Below, one piece after another: positions 1 through 9,490 of a DNA stretch of 41,545 nt; the first letter of the stretch is position 1; the number at the start of each line of letters is the position of its first letter. The notes under the pieces are model-generated. The model was not told the DNA's origin. It made no database searches and worked only from the letters and a program-made list of their open reading frames with translations. A program made the translations under genes and the position numbers. Location of the stretch: NCBI GenBank assembly GCA_041167105.1, contig JBEEGX010000011.1, positions 1 to 41,545 on the forward strand, written 5' to 3'. This DNA is from Verrucomicrobiota bacterium. Its GTDB lineage: Bacteria; Verrucomicrobiota; Verrucomicrobiia; Chthoniobacterales; UBA10450.

Positions 1-1047
1 AAGTTCGTGAAGAATTCCGGGCAGGCGCGAAATGTTCGATGGCATTTTGAAGTCGCGCGATGGCAATGCGTGAACGGCGGCGAGAAAAATCTTCCACGCC
101 GCGATTACGCAAATCCCCGGAACGAACGACAAGATCGACAACGTACGTTTGCGACGCGTCCAGAGAACCGCGGCCGCAGCGACGGTGAGAACGAACCACA
201 ACACGGCGCCTTCGCGTTTCATCCACGGAAGCGTCGCGCCGAGCACGAGGAAAAGTGCGAGCGAATCCCGCGAGTCGTCGCGTACAAATCTGAGCAGGTA
301 AAAAATTGTGGCGAGAAAAACCGCGGCCAGCGGGACGTCCGCGTAACCGACAGAAATTCCGCCGGGCGCGTTATGAATCGCAGGAACAAGCGGAAATAAA
401 ACGACAAGCGCCCAAGCGATCGCGCGATTGCCGCTGAGTTGCCCGGCCGCGAGGAGAAAGATCGACATCGCGGCGGCATACCAAATCGGGAAGATGAGCT
501 TGATCCAAAATTGATCTGCTTCGCCGAACCAGATGTAGAACCACGTTTCGGTCAGAGGCAGGAGCAATGGATATTCCGGGTGACTGAACCAGCGCGATGT
601 GTCGCTGAAGTACGACGATGGCAACGCGCCACCGTTGAGAAAGGCGAAACGCGCTTTCATTTCCCACACGGTCAATCCATCCCAGCCGAGCGTGTGTTGG
701 ATCGACAAGTACAAGATCGACATCAACTCCACGGCGAAGATCGCGATGAAAACTTTGTCGATTCGGCTGAGTAACAGCGAAGGAAGGTTTGGAAAATTTC
801 GCCAACGTCGCACGCCGACTGCGCCAAGCGTGGCACAGATGGCCGCGACGAAAATCTGTAGCGCGATACCGCGAACGAAAAAGCCGCAACACCAAAGGGC
901 GAGCGAAACGACGGCGGTGCCGAACAGCCATGCGAGCGCAAAATGTTCGATCCTGGTCAGGCGATTACGAACGAGGAGCGTTGTCATGCCGAATCCGGCC
1001 GCAAGGATTGTCGCGAAAGCGGCGATGAAGCCGACGAATGTAATCAT
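1..1047 (-). CDS. Polytopic integral membrane protein, partial (N-terminal ~349 aa; the C-terminus lies beyond the left window edge)
   Basis: Absent from the ORF track because no stop lies inside the window. The reverse frame (plus-strand triplets at 1,4,7...) has no TTA/CTA/TCA from 1 to 1047. Hand translation begins MITFVGFIAAFATILAAGFGMTTLLVRNRLTRIEHFALAWLFGTAVVSLALWCCGFFVRG and continues with many hydrophobic spans. The ATG at 1047 overlaps the TGA of the upstream ORF (ATGA). No family recognised; context suggests an EPS-related membrane protein. Confidence 0.6.
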   Translation of the reverse strand, partial: MITFVGFIAAFATILAAGFGMTTLLVRNRLTRIEHFALAWLFGTAVVSLALWCCGFFVRGIALQIFVAAICATLGAVGVRRWRNFPNLPSLLLSRIDKVFIAIFAVELMSILYLSIQHTLGWDGLTVWEMKARFAFLNGGALPSSYFSDTSRWFSHPEYPLLLPLTETWFYIWFGEADQFWIKLIFPIWYAAAMSIFLLAAGQLSGNRAIAWALVVLFPLVPAIHNAPGGISVGYADVPLAAVFLATIFYLLRFVRDDSRDSLALFLVLGATLPWMKREGAVLWFVLTVAAAAVLWTRRKRTLSILSFVPGICVIAAWKIFLAAVHALPSRDFKMPSNISRLPGILHEL

Positions 1048-1490
1048 TGTGAGCTGGCGGGATTGCGGAGCGTGAGATGCGGGCCGAGCGATTGCGCCTC
1101 GGGCACAGCGCGATCAAGCCCGCACATGTAGACCGCGAGATTCATCTGCGGAATCGGCTCGTTAGGCCGGATCTCGACCTTGTCGATCTTGCGCGGCCAC
1201 GTGAGATAACAGAGCGCCGAGTAAACGAAGTCGCAGCGCGCGTCGTCTTTTGGTGAAACGAAAACAGTGCGTTGTGTCGAGGCAATTCGCGCGGTCGCGT
1301 TGATGAGGTTCGCGCTCGGCTGGCGAATTTCCAGCAGCGGCGCGAGCAAGCTGTCGATTGACGCGGTGGGCGACGGCGAGACGGCGTGACCGCTGCGCAA
1401 GTTCTGCCAAAGTTTCGGCGCTGCGAGCACGGCGAAGATCGACAAGAGCAGCGCCCACGCGACGAAATAAATTTGGCGGAGCGTCTTCAA
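1044..1490 (-). CDS. Hypothetical protein with N-terminal signal/anchor helix
   Basis: 148-aa ORF (TTG start) beginning MKTLRQIYFVAWALLLSIFAVLAAPKL, followed by a soluble domain. Its start overlaps the upstream stop (TTGA, 1487-1490) and its stop overlaps the next start (ATGA, 1044-1047), so it sits inside the operon. No family recognised. Confidence 0.5.
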   Translation of the reverse strand: MKTLRQIYFVAWALLLSIFAVLAAPKLWQNLRSGHAVSPSPTASIDSLLAPLLEIRQPSANLINATARIASTQRTVFVSPKDDARCDFVYSALCYLTWPRKIDKVEIRPNEPIPQMNLAVYMCGLDRAVPEAQSLGPHLTLRNPASSQ

Positions 1491-2929
1491 CCGTTACGCA
1501 GACGATACAACCAGATGTCAGGGCCGAAAGGTGAACGCTCCACTGCGATGAACTCGAAAAGGTCGATGTCGATCTTGTCGTCGCGTCCGAGTTGCGGAAA
1601 AAATTTCACGGGCAACGAATCTTCCGTGCGGATGAAGACGAGATAATCGGCGCGTTGCTCGCGCAAGTATGCTGCAAACGCAGTCGCGTCCCCCGTCGCG
1701 GATGCGGGAGTTGCTTCAGATCGAAGAAAATGATCGGCAGGGAGTCGCGACAAAACGCGAACTGCAGGATCGTCGGCGAAGCATCGCGAGTCGCCGATGC
1801 GATCGACGAGCGCGGTAGCGATGCGTTGTTGCGCGCGTTGATCGCTAATCACTTTCGGAATGTTTGGGAATTGCCGAACGAAACCGTAGAGCAAGAAAAC
1901 AAGAGCGACTGCGGCAATGGGGCGGCGCAATATTTTTAACAGCCAGGCGAACAGCGGCAGGCCCAGCGTGAAGAAGACGAGACCGTAACGCGGCAGGAGA
2001 ACGGGCTGGCGTTTCGTGACGTAGGCGAGCGCAAAAAAAGCGAGCAGCGCGGCTGTGCACAAACTAACCGCGATGATTTCGCGCGAGCGGTGCGCCGCAC
2101 GCAAGATCGACATCGTCGCCGTAATGAAGATGGTGGCGAAGATGATCGGGTTCGCGCCGAGCAGGAAGTAATCAAGATCTTCGGCGACATCAGCGAAAGC
2201 GAAGCCGCGGCGCGTCGGATAAAAATCGAGGACGTTGTTTTGATAAGCGACGCGTTTCGCGAAGTAAGCGAATGGGTCACCGGTGGCCTGATGCGATATG
2301 CCAAACCAAACCAAGGGAGGCACAAGCAAGATCGACATCGTCATGAGTGAGACGCGGCGATGAAAGATGAATTGAAGCAGCGGTAATACGACGACGAAAA
2401 CCCACGCTTCCAGCCTAAGGAACTCCGCGAGAGCGGCGCAGATCACGGCGGCAATCCAGCGATCGCGCAGCGCGAACCAAATAGTGGCAAGGGAAAGACA
2501 GCCGAAAGGCACATCGGTCATGGCCGCGGCGGAGTAGAGCAGATGCAGCGGATTGAGGAGAACAAGCGCGAATGCGACGACTGCGAGTGGCGTGCTCTGC
2601 GTGAGGCGTTTTGTTAGGGCGAAAACGAGAACGCACGTTGTCGATCCAGCAAGTGCGGAAACTATTTTGCCAGACAGCAGCGGATCGTGAATGACGAGAT
2701 TCAGGATTGCAGCGGAGAATTGAAACAGCGGCAGCCAGAAACCGAAAAGATCGATGATTCGAAAATTGCCGCTGGAGATTTTCGCGCTCCAAGCGGCGAT
2801 CGTTTCGACATACGAGTAGCCGTCCTGTTCGGCATTCGGGAGAATAAACGCGGCGCAAAGTCGAACCGTGAGCGCGACGAGCCAAACGAGCAACCAGACG
2901 AAACGCGCGTCAGCGTTTGGTCGCGGCAT
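1487..2929 (-). CDS. GT-C-fold glycosyltransferase-like membrane protein (ArnT/PMT, family 39/83-like)
   Basis: The ORF track gives 1487..3091 (534 aa). The first 54 codons are R/P-rich and overlap the upstream gene, so I start at Met 2929 (MPRPNADARFVWLLVWLVALTVRL). It has about 10 or more hydrophobic segments followed by a soluble C-terminal domain, the typical architecture of lipid-linked-sugar-dependent GT-C enzymes. The start coordinate is uncertain. Confidence 0.6.
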   Translation of the reverse strand: MPRPNADARFVWLLVWLVALTVRLCAAFILPNAEQDGYSYVETIAAWSAKISSGNFRIIDLFGFWLPLFQFSAAILNLVIHDPLLSGKIVSALAGSTTCVLVFALTKRLTQSTPLAVVAFALVLLNPLHLLYSAAAMTDVPFGCLSLATIWFALRDRWIAAVICAALAEFLRLEAWVFVVVLPLLQFIFHRRVSLMTMSILLVPPLVWFGISHQATGDPFAYFAKRVAYQNNVLDFYPTRRGFAFADVAEDLDYFLLGANPIIFATIFITATMSILRAAHRSREIIAVSLCTAALLAFFALAYVTKRQPVLLPRYGLVFFTLGLPLFAWLLKILRRPIAAVALVFLLYGFVRQFPNIPKVISDQRAQQRIATALVDRIGDSRCFADDPAVRVLSRLPADHFLRSEATPASATGDATAFAAYLREQRADYLVFIRTEDSLPVKFFPQLGRDDKIDIDLFEFIAVERSPFGPDIWLYRLRNG

Positions 2930-5276
2930 TATGATAGGCGAGCCAGGCGTTCCAGGCGCGTTCCCAATTTTCTTTCGCGGCCCAGGATTGCGCTTCGAGA
3001 TAATGAAAATACTTCGGCGCATTCGGCCGGTCGCTGAAATGGCGCGCGGTGACGAGCGCGTCATCGGTGCGGCCAAGCTGGCGTTGCGCAAGATACAGCG
3101 CGTAGCCGACGGCGTAATTATCAGGGTTCGTCAGGTAACGTTGCTGGAGCTGGTCGAGCGGCGCGTTGTTGCTTTCGCGCGGCAGGGCGACGACGTCGCC
3201 AAAACGTTGCGCGAGATCGTAGGCGGCGTGGAAATCATTTTTGCTCGCGTAAAATTTTGCCATGCCGAACCAGGCATAGCTGAGCCAATCGCGGTGATTG
3301 TCGATCTTGCGCGCGAGCTCATCGAGATTTCCGCGCTCGGACCAAAGCGAAAAGAGGGCGAGCTTCTGCGGCTCGGTGAATTTTTCCAGGCTCGGATCTT
3401 TGCTCAACAATTTCCCGAGCGTGGCATCGAAGTCTTTTCCGTTCACGCGGCTGAGATACGCGAGGACGAGCTCGGGCTCGCCGAGTCCAATCTCCTCGAG
3501 CGTGCGCGCGAGCGGCGGACTGTGCATCAAGGCGCCGCTCAACATGTTCGCGTAAACATCGCCACGCGAAGCGCCGGCGCGACGCAGCGCCTCGTGCCAG
3601 GCGGTGGCCGCGAGTGTGGGCTCAATCGGCAACCACACGTTACCTTCGAGGAACGGCAATTCGTATCCATTCGGCTCGAGGAAACGGGCGCGGCGAAAAT
3701 CATCGAGCGCATCGCTCCATTTTTTCGCGCCGGCTTCGGCCATGGCGCGCGAGAAATAAAGTTGCCAATCGAGCGGCGACCACGGAATGGCTGCGCTCGT
3801 TAGGCGAATTGCTTCGCTGAAATCCTGGCCGCGCGTTTCCATTTGCGCGAGCTCTTTGGCGCTGGCAACGCCAACTGCTCCCGGCAACAACATTTTCGAG
3901 CGCGTCGCGATGACCCACGACATTCCGCTAATGACGAGAACGAGGCCGACGATTCGAAACAGAACTGAAACGCTCATGCTCGGCCGCAAATTGAGCGGCC
4001 GATGCAGCGACAGGCCGAGCAGAAACAAACCGGCAAAGGCAGTGCCGACGCGGTGCGCGCTCACGTCGATGAGTCCGTGCGCGGCAAAGATCAAAGCCGC
4101 GATGAGGGCGGCGAGACGAAAACGTTGATTGGTCCCCTCCTGCAACGGCAGCACTCGCCTGACAAGAAGCGCGGCGCCGATCACGATGAGTAGAACCGCC
4201 GGCCAGCCCATTTCCGACCAAAGCCAGAGCCAGTCGCTTTCCGGATGCAAGGCGCGCGTGTTGCCGACCGATTCCGTGCGAAACAAGGCGAAGACGAAAT
4301 CGAAATTACCGAGGCCGATGCCGCACCACGGCGAAGCACGGATGAGATCGAAGGTGTCGTGAAAGATCTTCCAGCGAAAATCGGCGGACAAGCCGCTGCC
4401 AGGCAATCCGCCAAAGTTGAAGCGCTCGAGGGTTTCGCCGCCTAACAACAGCACCGCCGTCATGAGCACAAGCAGGAATGAAACTGCGAGCGCGATGCGT
4501 TCGCTGGTGCGTTGACGCACGAGCACGGCGAAAATCCAAATGACGCTGCCACCGACGAGAATGCCGACGCCCGCGCGCGACCAGTTGAGGAGAATGGCTA
4601 CCACTAAGATCGACAATGCGATTATCCAGACGAACCAGCGTTTCCGGCCGCGACGAATATCGTCCTGACCACAAGCGAGCAGAACAATCGAGGTGATGCC
4701 TAACAAATCCGCGGTTTGGTTTTTGTTCGGGAACGGACCGAAGCCGCGCGCGTTCGTCCAAAGCGCGAAGGACCCGTGGCCGAGGTAGAGGAGAATGGAG
4801 ATGACGGCGAGAACAACCACGCCGACGACGAAGAGCCGCAATTGCGACCGCACCGCGCGAAGGTCGATCTCGTGCGTGGCCACGAGGTACAACCAGCTCA
4901 ACGCGCCAATCAGACTAACGAACGCACCGGCGGTGATCCACGGCTGCGGCGAAACCGTTCCCGGAAGCGCGATGTTGAAATCGTCCACTACTGCGGCGCG
5001 CCACTGCGGCCACGAAAACCAATGCGCCGGCAGGAACCCCATGAGCGCAACCGCCAGGAACAAAACGAAAACGATATTCGTCGTTAGGCCGAGCGAGAGC
5101 CGCGGCGGCCGCGCCAGCAGATACAAGCCCAGCAGTGTGAGCACGACGCCTTCGGCCCATTTCGTCGTCGCGCCGCCAAGAAAGCACGCCAGCACCGGCA
5201 AAAGCGGCAGAAAAATATTCGCGAGCCCGCTGGGGGCGGAACGGCGCTCGGGCTGTGCGGTGGGCTCGGACATCAC
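2910..5276 (-). CDS. O-antigen ligase/polymerase-like (Wzy_C-type) membrane protein fused to a C-terminal TPR-like helical domain
   Basis: 788-aa ORF. The N-terminal ~470 aa are polytopic, with a large loop (RTESVGNTRALHPESDWLWLWSEMGWP) typical of the O-antigen ligase/Wzy_C family. The C-terminal ~300 aa are soluble and helical-repeat-like (AYDLAQRFGD.., YALYLAQRQLGRTDDALV). Confidence 0.7.
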   Translation of the reverse strand: MMSEPTAQPERRSAPSGLANIFLPLLPVLACFLGGATTKWAEGVVLTLLGLYLLARPPRLSLGLTTNIVFVLFLAVALMGFLPAHWFSWPQWRAAVVDDFNIALPGTVSPQPWITAGAFVSLIGALSWLYLVATHEIDLRAVRSQLRLFVVGVVVLAVISILLYLGHGSFALWTNARGFGPFPNKNQTADLLGITSIVLLACGQDDIRRGRKRWFVWIIALSILVVAILLNWSRAGVGILVGGSVIWIFAVLVRQRTSERIALAVSFLLVLMTAVLLLGGETLERFNFGGLPGSGLSADFRWKIFHDTFDLIRASPWCGIGLGNFDFVFALFRTESVGNTRALHPESDWLWLWSEMGWPAVLLIVIGAALLVRRVLPLQEGTNQRFRLAALIAALIFAAHGLIDVSAHRVGTAFAGLFLLGLSLHRPLNLRPSMSVSVLFRIVGLVLVISGMSWVIATRSKMLLPGAVGVASAKELAQMETRGQDFSEAIRLTSAAIPWSPLDWQLYFSRAMAEAGAKKWSDALDDFRRARFLEPNGYELPFLEGNVWLPIEPTLAATAWHEALRRAGASRGDVYANMLSGALMHSPPLARTLEEIGLGEPELVLAYLSRVNGKDFDATLGKLLSKDPSLEKFTEPQKLALFSLWSERGNLDELARKIDNHRDWLSYAWFGMAKFYASKNDFHAAYDLAQRFGDVVALPRESNNAPLDQLQQRYLTNPDNYAVGYALYLAQRQLGRTDDALVTARHFSDRPNAPKYFHYLEAQSWAAKENWERAWNAWLAYHNAATKR

Positions 5277-5416
5277 GCTGGTATGGGATTGGCTTGGTTA
5301 GATCGACATCGATGCGTTCGAAGAGCGAACATGCAATTTCGGCGCGATTCCGAGCACGAGTTGAAGCGCTCCGGCCATCGCGTACTCTGCACGCGCCGCC
5401 ACGTTTTTAGCCTGCC
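5277..5416. promoter_or_regulatory. Divergent intergenic region (probable promoters for the 2910-5276 operon and the sugar-transferase gene)
   Basis: 140-bp spacer between divergently oriented starts at 5276 (-) and 5417 (+). Contains a 9/10 copy of the dispersed 10-mer (TAGATCGACA, 5299-5308). No -35/-10 boxes could be assigned confidently. Confidence 0.35.
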
Positions 5417-6820
5417 ATGTTGACCCAACGCAAGGAAGGTCTCTACAGCGTCTTCCTCATCTGCCAAATCCTTATCGTGGCCGGACTGTTCTGGTTCGGC
5501 GTCTGGGTCTTGGTCACGTTTTATTCGCCGAGCGCCGATCTCACCTGGCGCCGCTACAGCATTTATTGCGGCATGCTCGTGCTCGGCATCGTGCTCGAAT
5601 CGCTCACCCGCGAAGGCGCGAAACATTATTTCGTCCAGAACGAACTCGTGCGGCAACACCGACTCAGCCTCCGGCAAACCATCGCCAGCGTCGGCATGCT
5701 GGTGCTTTATCTGGTCGCGACGAAAGACGCGTTTGTTTCGCGCGTGTTCTTTTTCAACTTCGTGCCGTGGTTGTATGTCGCGCTCCTCTTCTCGCATTAC
5801 TATCTGCCGCCGTTGCTCGCGCGCGGAATTTTTCGTCGTGAAGAAAAGACGCTGCTCATCGGCTCACCCCAGAAGGCCGAGCAACTTCAGAAATGGCTGC
5901 GGCGAAAATCGGAATTCGGTTTGCGCGCCGTCGGTTTAATTTGTGACGACAAGATCGACAACGTACCTCCGGGAGTTCCTTCGGTGCTTGGCCGCTCCGA
6001 AGATCTCGAGCGCGTTATTCGCGAGAACGGCATCGTCCAGGTCATCCTGCTCGAGTTTCCGCTCTTCACCGAAATCAATTGGCAGCTCATTCGCACCTGC
6101 GACGCGCTTGGCGTTCGCCTCCTCATCGTGAGCGATCTCGAGGAAAAACTTCGCCATTCCGTCACGCATTTCGAGGATGACGGCCACCGCTTCATCGGTT
6201 TGCGCGAGGAGCCGCTCGAAAATCCGGTCAACCGTTTCCTCAAACGCGCGATCGATTTCGCCATCGCCGTTCCCATCATGTTGATCGTGTTCCCGGTCGC
6301 CATGATCCTCGTCTGGCTCGCGCAACGATTGCAATCGCCCGGCCCGCTCTTTCACATGCAAACACGTGCCGGCATGCAAAATCGACAATTCAAAATCTAC
6401 AAGTTCCGCACCATGCACACGGGTAACGGCGAGATCGCGCGCCAGGCTTCGAGCAACGACGAGCGCGTGTATTTCGTTGGCAAATGGTTTCGCAAGCTCA
6501 GCATCGATGAGATTCCACAATTTTGGAACGTGCTTCGCGGCGACATGAGCATCGTCGGCCCGCGTCCGCACCTGGTCGAGCACAACAACCAGTTCGCGCA
6601 ATTACTCGCGAATTATCACGTGCGCACATTCGTTAAGCCCGGCATCACCGGCCTGGCGCAAGTGCGCGGTTATCGCGGCGAAGCGCACAACAGCTCGGAC
6701 ATTGAAAAACGCGTCGCCTGCGACATCGAGTATCTCGAGAACTGGAACTTGTCGCTCGAGTTCGCCATCATCGTGCGCACGTTCGCGCAGGTTATTTTTC
6801 CGCCGCGGACGGCCTATTGA
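5417..6820 (+). CDS. Exopolysaccharide polyprenyl (undecaprenyl)-phosphate glycosylphosphotransferase, WbaP/EpsB-type initiating enzyme
   Basis: 467 aa. N-terminal TM helices precede the C-terminal bacterial sugar transferase domain, with hallmark strings FKIYKFRTM, DEIPQFWNVLRGDMSIVGPRP and KPGITGLAQV. Confidence 0.9.
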   Translation: MLTQRKEGLYSVFLICQILIVAGLFWFGVWVLVTFYSPSADLTWRRYSIYCGMLVLGIVLESLTREGAKHYFVQNELVRQHRLSLRQTIASVGMLVLYLVATKDAFVSRVFFFNFVPWLYVALLFSHYYLPPLLARGIFRREEKTLLIGSPQKAEQLQKWLRRKSEFGLRAVGLICDDKIDNVPPGVPSVLGRSEDLERVIRENGIVQVILLEFPLFTEINWQLIRTCDALGVRLLIVSDLEEKLRHSVTHFEDDGHRFIGLREEPLENPVNRFLKRAIDFAIAVPIMLIVFPVAMILVWLAQRLQSPGPLFHMQTRAGMQNRQFKIYKFRTMHTGNGEIARQASSNDERVYFVGKWFRKLSIDEIPQFWNVLRGDMSIVGPRPHLVEHNNQFAQLLANYHVRTFVKPGITGLAQVRGYRGEAHNSSDIEKRVACDIEYLENWNLSLEFAIIVRTFAQVIFPPRTAY

Positions 6821-8085
6821 TTGGATGGACACGCGTCGTCGTGTCCCAAACTTTTCAGCTTCGCAAAAAAATCGGCTAACAATTTGCCGCGATCGTAACG
6901 CGCAACATAAGCGCGCCCATTTTTGCCCCACTCGCGCAGTGATTGCCTGCCCGCCGTAGCCTTGGCGGAGGCGGGTCGATCTTGCGCAAGATCGCGAAAG
7001 GTCTGCGCAAGTTTCGCGGCATCACCTGGCAATACATTCGTGCCGCAATTTCCATCGCGCACCGCTTTCGCCAGCGCGCTCTCTTCATCCGCCACCGTCA
7101 CCACCGGACAGCCGTGCGCCAGCGTCATCAAAATCTTGCTCGGAAAAAACGCATTGCCCGAGCCGCTTTGCTGCGTGATCAACGAAATGTCCGCGTCCAC
7201 CAGCAGCTCTTTGTATCCACGGTCCGATTGCAGAGGCAACATCGTCACGTTTTGCAGATGTCGATCTTGCATGGATCGCTCGAGCGACGCTCGCGCCGCG
7301 CCGTCACCGCAAATGACGATGCGAATATTCGGCTGGTCGCGCAGATGCTCAGCGGCATCGATCAAAATTTTGAGGCCCTGTTTCACTCCGAGATTCCCAG
7401 AGTAAACCGCGAGAAAATCAGCGTCGGTCATGCGATGACGCGCGCGAAAGTTTCCACGCGCCGGCAATTCATCGGGAACGACCACGCCGTCGGGAAACAA
7501 AAGAATTTTTTTATCCGGCACACCTTTACGCCGGAACGCTTCGAGCATTTCATTGCTCAATCCGCCGACCATGGTCGCGTGTTTGTAAGCGAACGCTTCC
7601 AGCCAATACAGCGCGCGTGTGAACCAACCGGCGCGCACCATGCCGAGACCGATGGCGGCGTCCGGTTGTAAATCTTTCACCAGAAAAACAATTGGCGCGC
7701 GTTTGAAGAGCGTGACAAACCACGCAGCCATGCCTAACAACAGCGGCGGCGAGACGACGACGTAAACATCGGGACGCGGCAACGTCAGTGCGCGCAGCGT
7801 TGAAGTCAGGACAAACGTCGCTTCGTGAATGATGCGCTTCCAAGCCGAGACACGCGCGGGCACGAAATGCCAGCAGCGATAGACCCACACGTCGTTGATC
7901 ACATCCGTGCGAAATAGACGATGTCGATCTTGCGCGGATTTTTTCCACATCGGGTAATACGCGAACGTCGTCACCATCTCGACATCGACATCTTTTTTGG
8001 CGAGAAACTCGCAGAGCGCGACGTTATGCGGCGCGATGCCCGCCACTTCGGGCGCGTAATTGATTCCCCAAACGACAACGCGCAT
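6814..8085 (-). CDS. Glycosyltransferase family 4 (WcaI-like)
   Basis: 423 aa. The N-terminus MRVVVWGINYAPEVAGIAPHN resembles WcaI-type GT4 enzymes and the C-terminal half is a GT-B Rossmann domain. The 3' end overlaps the convergent gene by 7 nt. Confidence 0.85.
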   Translation of the reverse strand: MRVVVWGINYAPEVAGIAPHNVALCEFLAKKDVDVEMVTTFAYYPMWKKSAQDRHRLFRTDVINDVWVYRCWHFVPARVSAWKRIIHEATFVLTSTLRALTLPRPDVYVVVSPPLLLGMAAWFVTLFKRAPIVFLVKDLQPDAAIGLGMVRAGWFTRALYWLEAFAYKHATMVGGLSNEMLEAFRRKGVPDKKILLFPDGVVVPDELPARGNFRARHRMTDADFLAVYSGNLGVKQGLKILIDAAEHLRDQPNIRIVICGDGAARASLERSMQDRHLQNVTMLPLQSDRGYKELLVDADISLITQQSGSGNAFFPSKILMTLAHGCPVVTVADEESALAKAVRDGNCGTNVLPGDAAKLAQTFRDLAQDRPASAKATAGRQSLREWGKNGRAYVARYDRGKLLADFFAKLKSLGHDDACPSNQ

Positions 8086-8088
8086 TCG

Positions 8089-8931
8089 TTAGTCGCGCGT
8101 CCGCTGCCGCAGCTCGAACGTCTTTACCACGGAAAGGAATTCATACATTGCGTGCAGCCGCGCGAAATAATAGCCGTGGCGGCCGTCGAGAAATCCTTTT
8201 TGCCAGACGTAAACGTAAAGAAAGCGAAGCAGCGGGCGAAACGGCAAACGTTGCGCAAGTGATTTCCAACGCCGGCGAAGATCGACATCTTCGTGTGAAA
8301 GGTTTCCGCTCAGTTCTCCGGCGACAGCCACCCGCGCCTCCCAGTTTGAGTAGCGATTATGTTTTTCGACGAACACCTCCACCGTCGGAAACGCGTAATG
8401 CGTCATTTCGCATTTCAAGCGGCCGGTCGCGCCGCGCACGGTGACGTGCTCGTGCACTTCGTTGTCGCCGCTCCCGGTTTCAGCGCCCGTAATTTTCTCG
8501 TAGCGGCCTAACGCATGCCGAAATAATCGCAGATTCCAATTCGGGTAATACGCGTGCCGAAGTTTGCGCCCGAGAAAAATGAAATGCCGGTTGATCCAGT
8601 AACCAGCCATCGCAAGATCGACAATCGCCTTTGCGATTTCGTCGCGCGCTTCCGGCGGCAAAACTTCGTCCGCATCGAGAATGAGCACCCACTCATGTTT
8701 GAACGGCAGTTTCTCCAGCGCCCAATTCTTTTTCTTCGGCCACGTGCCGTTGAAATGGAACTGCACCACCTTCGCACCGTGTTGCTCCGCGATTTGGGCT
8801 GACGCATCCGTGCTCTGCGAATCGACCACGAAAATTTCATCCGCCCATGCGATGGAGTCGAGACACCGCGACAAGTTCTCCGCTTCGTTCTTGATCGGGA
8901 CGATGACCGACAGCGGCACGCGCTCGCTCAT
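8089..8931 (-). CDS. Glycosyltransferase family 2
   Basis: Contains the GT-A signature VPLSVIVPIKNEAENLSRCLDSIAWADEIFVVDSQSTDAS and an ILDADE (DxD) motif. The ORF track extends to 8952; I prefer the ATG at 8931 (MSERVPLSVIV), which forms an ATGA overlap with the upstream stop at 8928. Confidence 0.85.
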   Translation of the reverse strand: MSERVPLSVIVPIKNEAENLSRCLDSIAWADEIFVVDSQSTDASAQIAEQHGAKVVQFHFNGTWPKKKNWALEKLPFKHEWVLILDADEVLPPEARDEIAKAIVDLAMAGYWINRHFIFLGRKLRHAYYPNWNLRLFRHALGRYEKITGAETGSGDNEVHEHVTVRGATGRLKCEMTHYAFPTVEVFVEKHNRYSNWEARVAVAGELSGNLSHEDVDLRRRWKSLAQRLPFRPLLRFLYVYVWQKGFLDGRHGYYFARLHAMYEFLSVVKTFELRQRTRD

Positions 8932-9482
8932 CGCGGCCGCAAAACCTTGCACGGATTTCCGGCGGCGATGACATCGTTAGGCACATCACGGGTCACGACT
9001 GAACACGCGCCCACGACCGACCGCGCGCCGATTTTCACCCCCGGCATAATGAACGCGCGCGCCCCAATGAACGCGTCTTCGCCGATGTCGATCTTCGCCG
9101 TCGTCAACGGCATCTCCGATTTCGAAAAATCGTGGCTGCCGGTATTGAGATAGGCTTCCTGCGCGACGGTGGCACGGGCGCCGATTTCAATTTCACCTAA
9201 CGAATAAGCGTTCGCGCGATCGCCGAGACAGGCGCGATCGTGCAGCGTCAGGTTCCACGGAATGGCAATGCGGGCGCGTTGATGCACGAATGGTTTGCCG
9301 TCGATCTTCGCGTCGAACACGCGCAGCCAGAAGAGCCGCCACTCGTTCAATGGCTTCGGGGTCCACGCGCAAAACACCAGCCAGCAAAATTCCCAGAGCA
9401 CGCGCAGAAAACGCTGGCTCACCGGCCAGGGCGAATCGAAGGCCGATTCTTGCGCAGGATTAACCGTGAGTTCGTTAGCCAT
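8928..9482 (-). CDS. Hexapeptide-repeat (LbH) acetyltransferase, WcaF-like
   Basis: The C-terminal left-handed beta-helix repeat pattern (IGARATVAQEAYLNTGSHD..., IDIGEDAFIGARAFIMPGVKIGARSVVGACSVVTRDVP) is typical of polysaccharide O-acetyltransferases. The ORF track start (9686) overlaps the upstream gene; the Met at 9482 (MANELTV) leaves an 8-nt spacer. Confidence 0.8.
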   Translation of the reverse strand: MANELTVNPAQESAFDSPWPVSQRFLRVLWEFCWLVFCAWTPKPLNEWRLFWLRVFDAKIDGKPFVHQRARIAIPWNLTLHDRACLGDRANAYSLGEIEIGARATVAQEAYLNTGSHDFSKSEMPLTTAKIDIGEDAFIGARAFIMPGVKIGARSVVGACSVVTRDVPNDVIAAGNPCKVLRPR

Positions 9483-9490
9483 GGCAGAGC

